Part shown: positions 1 to 11,796 of the stretch, piece by piece | Position numbering within the stretch: position 1 is the first letter of the stretch | Layout: every line of letters starts with the position of its first letter | Assembly: GCA_001643675.2 (NCBI GenBank) | Contig: LSRY02000005.1 | Span: forward strand, 930,001-994,000 | Length of the DNA stretch: 64,000 nt | DNA from: Monocercomonoides exilis PA203 | Taxonomy: Eukaryota > Protista > Preaxostyla | Direction of reading: 5' to 3' | The notes under the pieces: model-generated | The model's input: the letters and a program-made list of their open reading frames with translations, nothing else | Told to the model about the DNA's origin: nothing | The model's database searches: none | Translations under genes and position numbers: made by a program

Positions 1-3000
1 GATTCAACGTGCTGACAGCTTCTTTCTTCAATTTGGTTGAAGGCATACAATCAGAACAAGAAGTATGTCCTTCTTTTGTGTTGTATTTATATTCAGATTG
101 TGAAAATTCTGCCTGTTTTGCTTTGGAAATATCATGTTTGTGTCGAGTATGTGAATCATCTTCATCAACAATGTTTTGTTTCTTTGACTCCATCTGGGAT
201 TTATGAAGTGCATAGCAACTGAACACAGAACGAAACATGCAGAACATCTGATTAAACACTCGAAGCATGTGCAATGAAGAAGAAGAAGATGATGATGATG
301 GTGGTGGTGATGGTGATGATGATTCTGGTGTTGCTGATGCTATTGATGATGCCAATGATGTATTTCCTTCTGTCTGTTTTGAGGCTGTTTTAACATACTC
401 AGACATTATCTGCTCTTCTGCATGCTTCATCCGCAGCAGACAGTTCAACAGCAGCTCTTTTCTGTCAAAATAGGAAGTGTCCTCTTTGTTCCTATCTGAA
501 AGCACCTTTGGCTTGAAGCGTTCAATTTCTCCTGTTCTCGTTGATGGAGATGCATTTAATGTAAAATGCATATTTTCTGGTTGTTTGCTTATTTCCTTGC
601 AGTCTTTAAGACTTTTATCGTCTTCAGTCATTCTGCTGCTGATTGATTTGTTTTCGCTCTCGTTCTGTTTGATAGATGCTTCTGATTTCAGCCTGATATT
701 ATCAAGTTTCTTCTCTTTTGTGTTATTTTTCTCTTCTTCTTCTTCCTCTTCCTCCTCCTCCTCCTCTTCTTCTTCGCCTTCTTCGCCTTCCTCATCCTCA
801 TCATCTTCTTCTTCTTCCTCCTCCTCGTTTTCATCTTCATCGTCATCTTCATCATCATCAGCGTCTCCTTCTTCATTGTCCTCTTCTGTTTGGTCAGATA
901 GCGACAGAAAGAGCTTCTCTGTGATTTGCTTCGCCTTCTGCTTGTTATTCAGCAGCTCTGCCATCTTCCTCTTCTCCCTTTCAAACGCTGACTCCTTCTC
1001 CTTCTCTGCTTCTTCTTTGCCTTTCCTCCTGCGACTGCTCTTGTTTGCATTTGATTGGGTCAATGTTTGTGAGGGCGTTCCCTTTTCATTTGCTTCTCTT
1101 CCTTCTTTTGATTCAATTTTTTCTTTTCCCTCTTTTTCTTTCTTATCATCTTTTTTCAAACTTCCTGTGTTTTCCTTCCCACCCCAAATCTTCTCTCCAT
1201 TCACTTTGTCCTTCTTGTTACTCGCATTTTCTGCTCCTTCTGCCTCTCTCTCGCTGCTCTCGTCGTCTAGTCCGCTTCCATCGTATTCTTCGCTGTCGTC
1301 GTCTTTCTCCTCAAACAGCAACCGGCGCAGCACAACAATCTCGTTCCTCAGCCGTTTGCACGCCTTCGTTTCTTCTTTCTTTCGCTTTTCTTCTTTCTCG
1401 TCGCTCGTTGCAAAGTCATTCCGGCTCTTGATTTTCTGCCGATGTTCCACAAACAGCTCGACCAATGAGCGTGATGTGTCTGAAATCTCATTCTGTGCTT
1501 GTGTCTTTTCGTCGATATGCTTCTCAGTTGATTGAGTTTTCTTAACTGCTGTTGCAGACAAAGGCGATGATGAAAAAGATGAAAGAGCAGAAAGAGCAGA
1601 AAGAGTGTTGTGAGGCAGATGATATTCTGTCATGTTAGATATTGCTGTTGTTGTGCTGTTTGAAATGTAGTTTTGCGGCTGAAGTGACGAAGTGAGAGAG
1701 AGCGAGTGAGGAGAAAGGCCGAAGCGTGGGTGAAGCAGAAGCGAAGGGAAAAACGGGAAAGGAAGAATGTAATCAAACAGGAATGACAGCGGCACCTCGT
1801 CTGCAGCAGCGCCAGGAAATCCTGGCAATGAACAGCACGAAGCATTTTGTGGAGTGGGTGATGTCTGACTTCGAATGAACGAGCGAAAGCTGAAGAGGCG
1901 AAATGAAGAATAGATTGGGAAATACTGTGAGCTCTTCTTTTTAAGGGAAGCATTGTCACTCGGCATTGAATCTGAAGTGGATTCAGAAGGAATTTCTCCT
2001 TTTAACTTCGAATTGATCATGTTTTTCAATTGCCGTGCTTTTGACTCCTTTCGTTTTTCGGACTTTTCTTTCAAATCCAAATGAAATGCGTCTCTTTCCT
2101 TTTGAGATTCCTTCCATTCATTCTGAAGTTCATTGTTTATCTGAAGCAGTTTCGCCACAACATTAACACAAGATCCTGTTTCTGTAATGAAATTGACATC
2201 AGCTATTCTTCTTTCGTTTTCTTTGTTTGTGAAAAAAGAATTCCATCTGGCACTTTGAGCTTCAAATTGAGGATCAATATTAGCCTTGAGTGTTCTTTCA
2301 GTAGATGAGATTAAACTCATGAGTTGCTTTTTCTCAATTTTCAACCTGTTAGCTTCTTTAATATTGCTTTCATCTAATTCATGCTTATCATCCGCTTTTT
2401 CTTCAATAACCACGGAATTACATTCACGTTCAGAAGAACAGCAAGGCAAGCACGGATTGTTTGCAGAATTTTCTATTGAAATTCCTGTTCTTTTAGGTTG
2501 ATAGATTGAAAATGCGTATAACGGGAACAAAGAATGACGAGGGCACGAAGAGGCTTGCAAAAGAACATCTGTTGCTGGGTTTAATGATGAAGTTTCAAAA
2601 AATGTTCCTGATAGGCTGTAAAGAGAATTTTTTCGAATATATTTCGAAACCATTCTTGGGGCAATCAAAAAATCCGATGAATCTCTTTTTGTAGACGTAG
2701 ATTCAGTTTTATATTCTTTGAGTTTATTTTGTTGTGAATTACTATCGAAGTTTGATGAAGGAATTTGATAACTATTCCAATAATCCGACGATCCAAAATG
2801 GCGAGATATTGAAAATCTATTTTGCAAATCATTATTTTGCAACGTCTACACAAATTTAAGAAACAAAAGAAAGTGTTCAATGAAAAATATACGAAAAATT
2901 TTATACCGTAAAGTTTGGAGTCAAAGAATGAATTTCTCTGAATATTGTTGTTGAAAAGTAGTGAGAAAATTTTTTGCTATTTTTTGGAGAAATGGATATT

Positions 3001-3265
3001 TTGACTATTGGAGGAAGTGGTTGTATTAAATTAACTTTTTTTTGTGTCTTATCACTTGATCGAGAAGAGTTTTGGTTTGGAAAAGATGTATCAGGGCAAG
3101 AGAGTGCTTGCTCGTCGTCAAGATCCAATGAAAGAAATTTTTGGATAAAGTTTTCTTCTTCGAAATATCCAATTTTCTTTTCCATTCCAAATTGATCACT
3201 CAATATATAATAAATTTTTCGATTGACGGTTTAAAGCAAAGATTAAATTGCAATTTGGGTTCCAT
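1..3265 (-). CDS. Large low-complexity hypothetical protein (acidic E/D tract, K/E coiled coil, Ser-rich); 3' end runs off the window
   Basis: The 2907-3198 exon joins in frame through a GT-AG intron (2846-2906) to a long exon below 2845 (TLQNNDLQNRFSIS...). It is absent from the ORF track, consistent with no stop inside the window. The + strand ORF 477-1535 is its antisense shadow. The start at 3265 needs a 29-nt intron (3199-3227); the alternative start is ATG 3185. Confidence 0.8.
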
Positions 3266-3407
3266 CTTATTGTTGTTTATTTTAAAAATATCAAAATAAA
3301 GCATTTGATGTGTTTGAGAAGATTTTGCAATTATCCTTTGTTGATTTATAGATTAACTTTTTTATTTTATTTTTGAATTTATTTTTTCATTTTAATTTCC
3401 AGAAATA

Positions 3408-4377
3408 CACCAAAAATAATTCAAATTCGAAAAAGAATAATTCAATTTCGTAATTAATAATTCGAATTCGAAAATTAATAATTCGAATTCGGAATTAATA
3501 ATTCGAATTCGAAAAAAAATAATTCGATTTCGGAATTAATAATTCGAATTCGAAAAAAAATAATTCGATTTCGGAATTAATAATTCAAAATCGAAAAAAA
3601 ATAATTCGAATTCGGAATTAATAATTCAATTTCGTAATTTATTAATTCGATTTCGAAAAAGAATATTTCAATTTCGAAACGTAAATTTTTTTGATTTGTG
3701 GAATGAATAACTTGTGTTTAAGGTTTTAAATTCTTTAATTTTTTATCTCATCAGCAAATTTTGTTTATCAATATTTGAAAAATGATGCATTTTCATAAAA
3801 ATATTTTCTTTCATTTTGAATGAAGATTTATTGATTGAAGTTAATTTGAAAAGGAAATAAATACATTTTCATGTTTAAAACCGATATTATCCAAAATTTT
3901 GCCAATGAAACAATCACATTATTGTGAAGAAATAATTCAATAATCGTGATAAAATTTTTTTTTAATTTTTATTTGGTCATTCTATAGAATGAATTTTTAT
4001 TAAATAATTATTATTTAAGTGATGATTTTCGAAAATGAAAAAAAAATTTTTTTAAATAAATTTATTGATTGTTACAATAAAAAAAACAGTTTTCTATGAG
4101 TAATAAAATTTGATTTGTTTAAAAATAACTTGAACTTTTCTGAAATCCATTCTCGAGAAAAATTAAAAATTTCAGTTTTTAATGAATTTCGAAATTGAAA
4201 TATTCATTTTCGAAATTGAAATATTCTTTTTCGAAATCGAATTAATAAATTACGAAATTGAATTATTAATTCCGAATTCGAATTATTTTTTTTCGAATTC
4301 GAATTATTAATTCCGAATTCGAATTATTAATTTTCGAAATTGAATTATTTTTTTTCGAATTAGAATTATTTTTGGTG
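3408..4377. mobile_element. MITE family A (CACC...GGTG, TA-flanked), 970 bp, with arrays of ~20-bp subterminal repeats
   Basis: TIR CACCAAAAATAATTC / GAATTATTTTTGGTG. TA at 3406-3407 and 4378-4379. Tandem AATTAATAATTCGAATTCG-like units in opposite orientation at each end. Near-identical copy at 22872-23759. No ORF. Confidence 0.88.
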
Positions 4378-4684
4378 TAATATTAGCATTCATCAAACTG
4401 ACATTATAAAAGAAAGCGTTCGTTTGTTCGTTTCAACGAATAGAATTACGAAAAAATAAGCTATAAATAACAAATAAAAAATTTCGTTTAATCGCAAAAA
4501 AAAGGTGAATTATACGATAAATTAATTATTAATTGCAAAGTTATTTCAAAAACCTAAACAGTATATGACAAACAAATATAAAATACAATAATGAACATTG
4601 AAGAACTCACTGTAATTATTGAAAAAATAATTTCTAAGACTTAATAATTACAGTAACGCGAGCATTAAAAAAAACTGAAAATTA

Positions 4685-4685
<1 letters not shown>

Positions 4686-4738
<53 letters not shown>
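4686..4738 (+). repeat. Poly(A) homopolymer, about 53 nt
   Basis: Read directly from the sequence. Confidence 0.95.
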
Positions 4739-4743
<5 letters not shown>

Positions 4744-5044
4744 TTTTTGAAAGATAATCAAGAAATGTTCGCTTGTCTCTGTTGTAATATCTACAACAAA
4801 TAAAGATATTAAACAAATATGAATCAAAAAAAAAATGTGTAATTTATTTAATAAATCGGTTTTTGGATCATCCATAAATAAAAATAAAAGCAAAAGAAGC
4901 TAAAGTCTTTCTCAAAATATTATTAATCTTTAACCAAGCAAATTCTCTATTCACTTCTCATTACACATTTCATTCATATGTAATAAATGAAGCATTTTCC
5001 AATAAAACAAACGCAAAAACGCACAAATCTCATTCTGGCAACGA

Positions 5045-8000
5045 TCATTCCTCGTAGCATGGAGTTATAACATCGTACGGAATGGTCACAGACAGATTGT
5101 ACAACACCTCTTCGTCTTCTTCAGAGCTTTTATCAGAAAATCTTGATCTGAATTTGTTCTTATGCTTTTTCTTTGCATATGATGATATAAAGCGATTCTG
5201 CGCAGAGAAAATAACAGTGTCGCTTGCGAATGAATGCGATGAGTTCCCATATGATTGGCTCGAGATGCTCAAATAACTCGAATTGGTGGAAACAGAATTG
5301 TCGCAGCCAGTGTAATTGTCCTTAAAAGTGCTGTAAGACTTGTGATCGTTCTCCTTGTTGTACATCTCTTCAGTGGCATAGGCTGTTTTCAGGGCATTCT
5401 TCTTTGACCAGCGCCGAAGGAAAATGTACAACAGCACAATTAGCCCGATAAACGCAACAGCCGAACAGGAAGCGGCAATCGCCAGGATTTGGTTTGGAGT
5501 GATCTTTGGCTTATTATTTGGCGTTGGGTTAGAACTGCTGACTGGAACATTCGCTGTTGAAAACGTAACAATCGAAGAATCGTTCAGGCTTACAAGCACA
5601 ACAGATGCAGATATGACATCATTGATGGCTGATGGAACCAGCCAGCTGCTTGGAACAGATGCTACTGATTGATTTTCGTTTATGTAAGAGCGGAAATTCA
5701 AAGGATTGCAGAGCTGTCCGTTCTTGGATGACATCATTACATAGCGGATGTTGCATGGAATAAGATTTTGCCCATAAAAAATAAGTGTAATGTTGTTTTC
5801 TTCTTCAGCATCAATGCTCTGCAAAGAGGGTGATGAAGTGAAAGTTGATAATACTTGAGCAAAGAAGTGCTTTGCGTATCGAAGAGCTGAAGTGATTGAA
5901 TGAAATGAAGAATGTTGAAATGCTGTTGAAGATAATGAAGAGGAAGATTCTTGTGTTTGCCTCGCCGATGAACTGAATGCACTTGAGTCAATAAAAGGCT
6001 TCACCGACTCCAGAGCAGGAATAAAATTTGTCTGAATTTCATTCGAGAGCGCACCGCCAAGTTGGCATCCATCATTAAAGATCCAAGCTGATTTCTGTTG
6101 TGCAACAACATCGATGCCATCAACTGTGAGAGCGGATACCTTTAGCAAGCCTCGATCCTTTGTCTCGTCCGCTGCATTTGGTAATTCTCCGTCCCGATTT
6201 CGGAAGCAAGCAATATTATGTTGCACAGATGGATACATTCTTGCTATTTCTGGTAATGTATTGCGAGAAAACGAAACATCTGTTCCCTCCAACACGCCAC
6301 CTGCAATAGCAACTGGCCCAATTTGCACATTTGAGTATGAAAAATATCTGATTGAAGTCTGACACTGCCGCAAATAAACAGATGAGAAAGACCAGTCGCA
6401 CGCAACTTGAGGCTCATCAAAAAAATATGCTTGGAAAATATTTGTGTTTTGTTGTTTATATTCAGTGATTTCATTAAAACTGCAGGAATTAATGTTCACA
6501 ATTGAACGCTCTGCGAAGACAAGCGCACCAGCCTGCTTCGGGGATTCGCAATGAGTAATGTTTGTTAATTCCAACGTAAGTGTTGGAGAATCCACATCCC
6601 ATTCTGGAATATTTGCCAAAAGTGGAGAACCTGCTTTAAGAGCTTTGCATAATTCCACACGGCTACCCTTCAGCGCAACCTCGAATGAATGAGGAAGAAC
6701 AGACGATAGAACATACGGCCGCAAAGAGATTATGGAACTGCCTGTGAGTTGGATCTGAGTAAATGTTGTGTTTGTAAAAATTGTACTCATGTGAGATTGC
6801 CCAGGCTGAAACTCGTTCACAGGGCTAGTGTTAATTACAAATAAATTTGCAGCACTTGCAATGTTGTATATGAAGCTGTCATTAATCATGATTGATGCAT
6901 CGTTAATAACTGCCAGCGGAACATCAAATGCAAGCTTTCCTATTCTATTTTGGGTAAAGTTACAAGTATTTATGGAAAGCGTTCCAGACATAACGCTCAA
7001 AAGCATGTTAGAATTCTTCATTGCAGAAAAATGGATGAATTGTAATGAAGTGAACGTGGTTTTGCCATACGTAGTAAGCCAAAAAGAATCTATACCCTCT
7101 GATTTTTTGACGCTTATCTGTTGCATTGTGCCATCTTCTGACTCAATGGATATGCCATCAACAGTCATCGGATCTTCAATCAAAACATTGTTGTGCAAAA
7201 TAATATTAATCATGCTGTATTCAGGAGCATACGTGTATCGAGAATTTCCCCGTGAAACAGCAAATGAGAAAGTATAGCAAGGCAAATTAGCGTGCCCACA
7301 TTTTATTGAATCCTCTCCATTTGAACTCACATGAAGTTCATCGAGTTGAACTGGAACAAGCTGTGAATACAAATTTATGAGCTTATCTGGGTCTTGAGTT
7401 GATTGTGCAATAATAGAGTTATCCGCTTTTATGTGGGAATTTAATGTATCAACAAATATATTACTACTCATAGAAAACATGCTGTTCGAAACTAGCATAA
7501 ATATGTCACATCCAACATCAGCATCATTTTCATTGAATATTAGTTGTGATAATGTTAATAATAATTTCGAAGGATACAAAGGCTTAAATTGAACATACAT
7601 CCATCCGCCTTTTCCTTTTCCATCGGTAGAAAGAATTTCATTGTCAATGGTATTGTGTCCGTCGGCCAATAAAAGTGAAGCTTGGTTCTTTCCCTTGTTT
7701 GACAGGTGAGATGTGGAAACTAATGCTTTGCATCGTTCAACGTGGCAAGAATTAAAGCAAACTTGATATGTTTCATGGCCAATAAGTTTAATAGCCCCAC
7801 CAAATTCCGATTTCCCAGACACGCAGTTTGAAAAATTAGTGTTGGAAATATAGATGTTTTCAAAATAATTAATAGCCATGACTGAAGCTTCTGAAATCTG
7901 ATTCGCTCTTTCCGCATTTGCTTTCTCGCATCCTGTAATGTCTTCGAAAAGGCAGTTTATGCAATAAAAACTGCATTTGAGGTTCGGATTCAGATCGTTT

Positions 8001-10285
8001 TCAGTTACGTAAATAAGAGACTCCGTAGCAGAGAAATGTGAAACCTTTATTGAGTTGAGAGTAGCCCTTCCGCATTGCAAAATGAGAAGTGGTGTTGTCG
8101 TATGAACCTGTTCGTTTGCATGCGCTTTTTGTTGTATCATCTGTTTTGGCATTTGAGAAGTGAAAGACGAATCTTCAATTACGAGTGTGTTTCCCTCAAG
8201 ATTGAATTGAGATCCTGACACAGCAAGGTTAAACAAAGTCACTCCTGAAGGAGGATGCACAAAATTCAACCCCCGAAACCGAAGGCGTGCGTCTGAGATC
8301 TTCATAGAAGAATCTTCCTTTTGATCCCTAAAAATAATTGAATGCCTTTCTTCTTCTCTGACACTGATATAATCCAAAATGGAATCTTGAAACGCATTCT
8401 GCCACTGGCGGTCTTCAAGCTTCGCTTCTACATCCATATTACATCCATAAACGGTAATATTTCTCGCTTTAATAGTTATAGGGTTTGTTCCTGCATCAAC
8501 ATCCGATGTAATTATGAGTTTTGGCATTATTGCGCAATGATTTTCAAGCGTATTAAAAAAATGCTTGCACGCTGATTTTTGTGATACTCCGCATGTTTGA
8601 CTGTCTTCGCTCGTGCCAAGGTTGTTAATATATATTAATTGCATCTCTGCTGGCAGCCATTCGTCGTGTGTCACCCTATTTTCCGAATTAGAAATATCTG
8701 CTCGAATGCCTTTTGATAAAGAATATGAATTGGAAGTTGGCTTTGATGAAATCAATTCTTGTGCGAAAATCGATAAATCGCTTGCGCATCCACGAGATAA
8801 ATCTTCATTTGAATGGAAAAAACAATACATGACGCTTGGAACATGCCAATCTTTAACAAGGGCATACAAAAGAAATGCTCCAGATGTATTTGAAGAGCAT
8901 TCACAAACTGTGTTTTCATTCATTAACAGCATTTCCGGCTTGACATATTTTATTTCTGTGGCTGCTGATCCAAATTTTGTATTGCAGCCACTCCAAGAAT
9001 TTTGTAAAAAAATTACACTTGGTGGTCGAATAGCAGTGGGTAAATGCGATGTGTCAGATAAAGCAAATGATATTGAAGATCCACTTGTACATTCGCACTT
9101 TTTAACAGTGCAGCGCTCCATTTTGCACTCGGGCTTCGCGGAAGAAAAATATGCTGCGCTGCCAATTGTTGATGACGTGCAGTTGGAGAATATTGTCTCC
9201 AGTAAAGAAACTGATGCGCAATTCATCAAATAAACAGCACCTCCTCCTTTATCTGCATGGCAGTTTATAAAACTACATTTCAAAAAGTAAAAGCCAACAT
9301 GCGTTGGTTCTGTTTGTGTGCTTGGACGTGAGAAAGACAAAGCACCTCCTGTGTCTTCAGTCAATTCATCTTTGAACTCGACTTCATGGTAAAAAATATT
9401 AACTATTGAAGAACTCAAAGACTGTTGGCAAGCAGACTCTGAAATATTGCATGCTTTCGCATTGCGTCTCTCGCATGATTGTATGGTGCAATTTTCTGTT
9501 TGAACAGAAGATTGCTGATTTTCAAATGAATTAACAATGCAGCCGTCATATATATTGTTTGTCATTAAGAAATTGCAGGAAGAAATTGTTGATCTTCCAA
9601 AGCATTTCGAACATTCGCAAGAAAAACTATTGCGTAAATGAGTAATATTTGAAAAAATAGATTGTTGCAAGGAAACTGCGAAACCAGAGGAAGATGATAT
9701 CAACGGAGATGATGCCAACAACATAGATGAAAAAACAGTTGATATGACTGCTGCAGTTTCATAAATAAATGGACATTCATTCTCGTTTTTGCATTTGATT
9801 AATGTGTTTATGTAATGTCTGTTGTCAATTGAATTTATCGATAAATTGTAAATATCAATGTGGCTTGATTCAGATAAAAGAAAATTGCTGGAATAAGAAG
9901 CATCAAATCTGCAAAATGAAACTAAAACTGAAGAGCAAGAAGAAATGAAGAACTCATTATTTTCATTCAAAGGAGATAACCCCAACTTCAAGATTTTTAA
10001 TGATGAATTGAAAGAATTGAACAAAGATAAGATCGAAGAATGATGAAATGAATCTTCTCGATAAATTGGTAGTAATTCCTCGATGTTTCTCATTAAATTT
10101 TCTTCATTTGTTACATAGTTATGTGGCAATATGAATTGTTGATTAATTTTTTGTTGATATTTGGAAATTGAGGTTAAAAATTTTGTTTTTCGTTCTGTAA
10201 GTTTTCTATTTTTGTCTGAAAAACAAATTATAATGTATGCGAATAATGAAATAACAACAAATGTGTTATTGCACTTCGCCTTCAT
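5045..10285 (-). CDS. 1746-aa type I membrane protein, pectin-lyase/Pmp-like beta-helix ectodomain, 2 CG..PC modules, short Tyr/Ser-rich tail
   Basis: Intronless ORF. Hydrophobic N-terminus; GGA(L/V/I) and FxxC/FxxN repeats; QTCGVSQKSAC and IKCGHANLPC modules; TM segment ILAIAASCSAVAFIGLIVLLYIFL followed by RRW. Confidence 0.9.
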   Translation of the reverse strand: MKAKCNNTFVVISLFAYIIICFSDKNRKLTERKTKFLTSISKYQQKINQQFILPHNYVTNEENLMRNIEELLPIYREDSFHHSSILSLFNSFNSSLKILKLGLSPLNENNEFFISSCSSVLVSFCRFDASYSSNFLLSESSHIDIYNLSINSIDNRHYINTLIKCKNENECPFIYETAAVISTVFSSMLLASSPLISSSSGFAVSLQQSIFSNITHLRNSFSCECSKCFGRSTISSCNFLMTNNIYDGCIVNSFENQQSSVQTENCTIQSCERRNAKACNISESACQQSLSSSIVNIFYHEVEFKDELTEDTGGALSFSRPSTQTEPTHVGFYFLKCSFINCHADKGGGAVYLMNCASVSLLETIFSNCTSSTIGSAAYFSSAKPECKMERCTVKKCECTSGSSISFALSDTSHLPTAIRPPSVIFLQNSWSGCNTKFGSAATEIKYVKPEMLLMNENTVCECSSNTSGAFLLYALVKDWHVPSVMYCFFHSNEDLSRGCASDLSIFAQELISSKPTSNSYSLSKGIRADISNSENRVTHDEWLPAEMQLIYINNLGTSEDSQTCGVSQKSACKHFFNTLENHCAIMPKLIITSDVDAGTNPITIKARNITVYGCNMDVEAKLEDRQWQNAFQDSILDYISVREEERHSIIFRDQKEDSSMKISDARLRFRGLNFVHPPSGVTLFNLAVSGSQFNLEGNTLVIEDSSFTSQMPKQMIQQKAHANEQVHTTTPLLILQCGRATLNSIKVSHFSATESLIYVTENDLNPNLKCSFYCINCLFEDITGCEKANAERANQISEASVMAINYFENIYISNTNFSNCVSGKSEFGGAIKLIGHETYQVCFNSCHVERCKALVSTSHLSNKGKNQASLLLADGHNTIDNEILSTDGKGKGGWMYVQFKPLYPSKLLLTLSQLIFNENDADVGCDIFMLVSNSMFSMSSNIFVDTLNSHIKADNSIIAQSTQDPDKLINLYSQLVPVQLDELHVSSNGEDSIKCGHANLPCYTFSFAVSRGNSRYTYAPEYSMINIILHNNVLIEDPMTVDGISIESEDGTMQQISVKKSEGIDSFWLTTYGKTTFTSLQFIHFSAMKNSNMLLSVMSGTLSINTCNFTQNRIGKLAFDVPLAVINDASIMINDSFIYNIASAANLFVINTSPVNEFQPGQSHMSTIFTNTTFTQIQLTGSSIISLRPYVLSSVLPHSFEVALKGSRVELCKALKAGSPLLANIPEWDVDSPTLTLELTNITHCESPKQAGALVFAERSIVNINSCSFNEITEYKQQNTNIFQAYFFDEPQVACDWSFSSVYLRQCQTSIRYFSYSNVQIGPVAIAGGVLEGTDVSFSRNTLPEIARMYPSVQHNIACFRNRDGELPNAADETKDRGLLKVSALTVDGIDVVAQQKSAWIFNDGCQLGGALSNEIQTNFIPALESVKPFIDSSAFSSSARQTQESSSSLSSTAFQHSSFHSITSALRYAKHFFAQVLSTFTSSPSLQSIDAEEENNITLIFYGQNLIPCNIRYVMMSSKNGQLCNPLNFRSYINENQSVASVPSSWLVPSAINDVISASVVLVSLNDSSIVTFSTANVPVSSSNPTPNNKPKITPNQILAIAASCSAVAFIGLIVLLYIFLRRWSKKNALKTAYATEEMYNKENDHKSYSTFKDNYTGCDNSVSTNSSYLSISSQSYGNSSHSFASDTVIFSAQNRFISSYAKKKHKNKFRSRFSDKSSEEDEEVLYNLSVTIPYDVITPCYEE

Positions 10286-11796
10286 ACTTTTTTCGATGGA
10301 ATGGTTATTATAAAGGGAAATGATCGATAGATTTAATAAAATTCAAATCACTTCAAACTTTCACACTTTTAATAAGAAAAAAATAAAGTACTGAAATGAT
10401 ATTATTAAATATATTTGAAATTCAAAAATATTAGCAACAAAAAGATTTTGAAAATGTTTTATTATCATATCTTTGAAAATTTTTCAGCATTTTCAAACAT
10501 TGAAAGTGCGAGAAACCATTGGAACTTAACTTGAAACTCAAAAAAAATTGCACTTATAAAAAAAAGAAAAAATTTTTTTATTAACGAGTACAGAGAGCTC
10601 ACATTCACTTTCTTGCGATAATTTTTTTATAAATGTTAGTTTTTTTATCATAAGAATTTGAACATCATATCCTTTCAAAATTGTAAGCTCATTCATAAAG
10701 TCATTGACAATACTAATTCAAAAATAAAATCGATAGGAAAAAACTGTTTTTGCAAATTTCGTATGATTGTGAACAAAATTATGTAAGCTGAATATGGATT
10801 ATTATTTTGAATAATTTTGGGTGTATCAAAAATCTGAGCGCTTTGATAATGAAAGAAAACAAATGTATTCCTCAATTTCCTTCGTCATCAAACTCGCAAA
10901 TCAATGAACACATCTTCAGGGTGATTAGAATTGACCAAGCAAAAAAACCAATTATAATCGAAAAATATACAAAGAAAATAATTATTCAAAGAAGGAAATC
11001 CACCAAAAAACAATGGAATTATAAAATATCTCAGGATAGCAACCAATATTGCACCATCATCAAATTATGCTTTGAAAATAATGCAACGCTAACTCATGCC
11101 CTTGTGAAACGAAAACAAAAACAAGAAATCAAATACGTCAATAACATATGCTGATTATTAATCAATCTCAAAGCAAAGTTGCTGAGCATTCTTTTCTCTT
11201 CCCCAAGCTTCATGGTGCAAATGTTTAAATTGAATGCATGCATAAAGCAGAATGCCTCATGAACTCATTTGAAAAACGTTGTTGTATAAATATATATATA
11301 TAAATATAAAAAGAAGAAGAACGAGAGGAAGATGTAATGTGTCGGAAGCATTAAACAGAAAATAAAGATTGTGACACTCAAACGTCAACGCAATGTATAT
11401 GCCTATTCAAAAAAAGACTATTTATCACACGCATTCCAATCTCTATTGAAGCACTTTTCAAACAAACAAAAATAAATGTGAAATTCTCAACAAATCAAAC
11501 ACACAAAAAATATTTTATAACACTCAAAAATCACTAAAATCTGAAAAAGCTTTAAATAAACAAAAAACAAAATGCAATGTGAAAGCAAAAGCAATCAATG
11601 AAAATATTTCTTTCATTTTCATATCTTTCAAATTCATTCTTTCTTCATTTCAGTGCATTTTCATTCACCACATTTTCTTCACCATCCATCCTCTGTAATT
11701 TGCACAATCTGAAAAAAAGCACTTTTCCAATGCTTCACCATTCTCGCACCTTTTTCTCTTTGTTTTGTTCATTTCCCCTTTCGTCTCACTTTTTTC

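Noticed and set aside
477-1535. 352-aa Ser/Phe-rich + strand ORF, and similar long ORFs such as 12569-13852, 27227-28555 and 29135-30178
   Set aside because: Antisense shadows of E/K-rich genes on the opposite strand.
3410-3680. Regular ~20-bp repeats resembling a CRISPR array (also 4190-4370 and 22875-23140)
   Set aside because: Units abut with no unique spacers, are mirrored at the other end of a TIR element, and the context is eukaryotic with no cas genes.
4560-4740. Poly(A) tract as the tail of a SINE or retrocopy (also the T-rich tracts at 59281, 60333 and 61569)
   Set aside because: No TSD, Pol III boxes or second copy of the adjacent sequence found.
10700-11160. 115-aa + strand ORF and hydrophobic minus-strand fragments
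   Set aside because: No motif; minus frames are broken by stops. At most an unidentifiable remnant.
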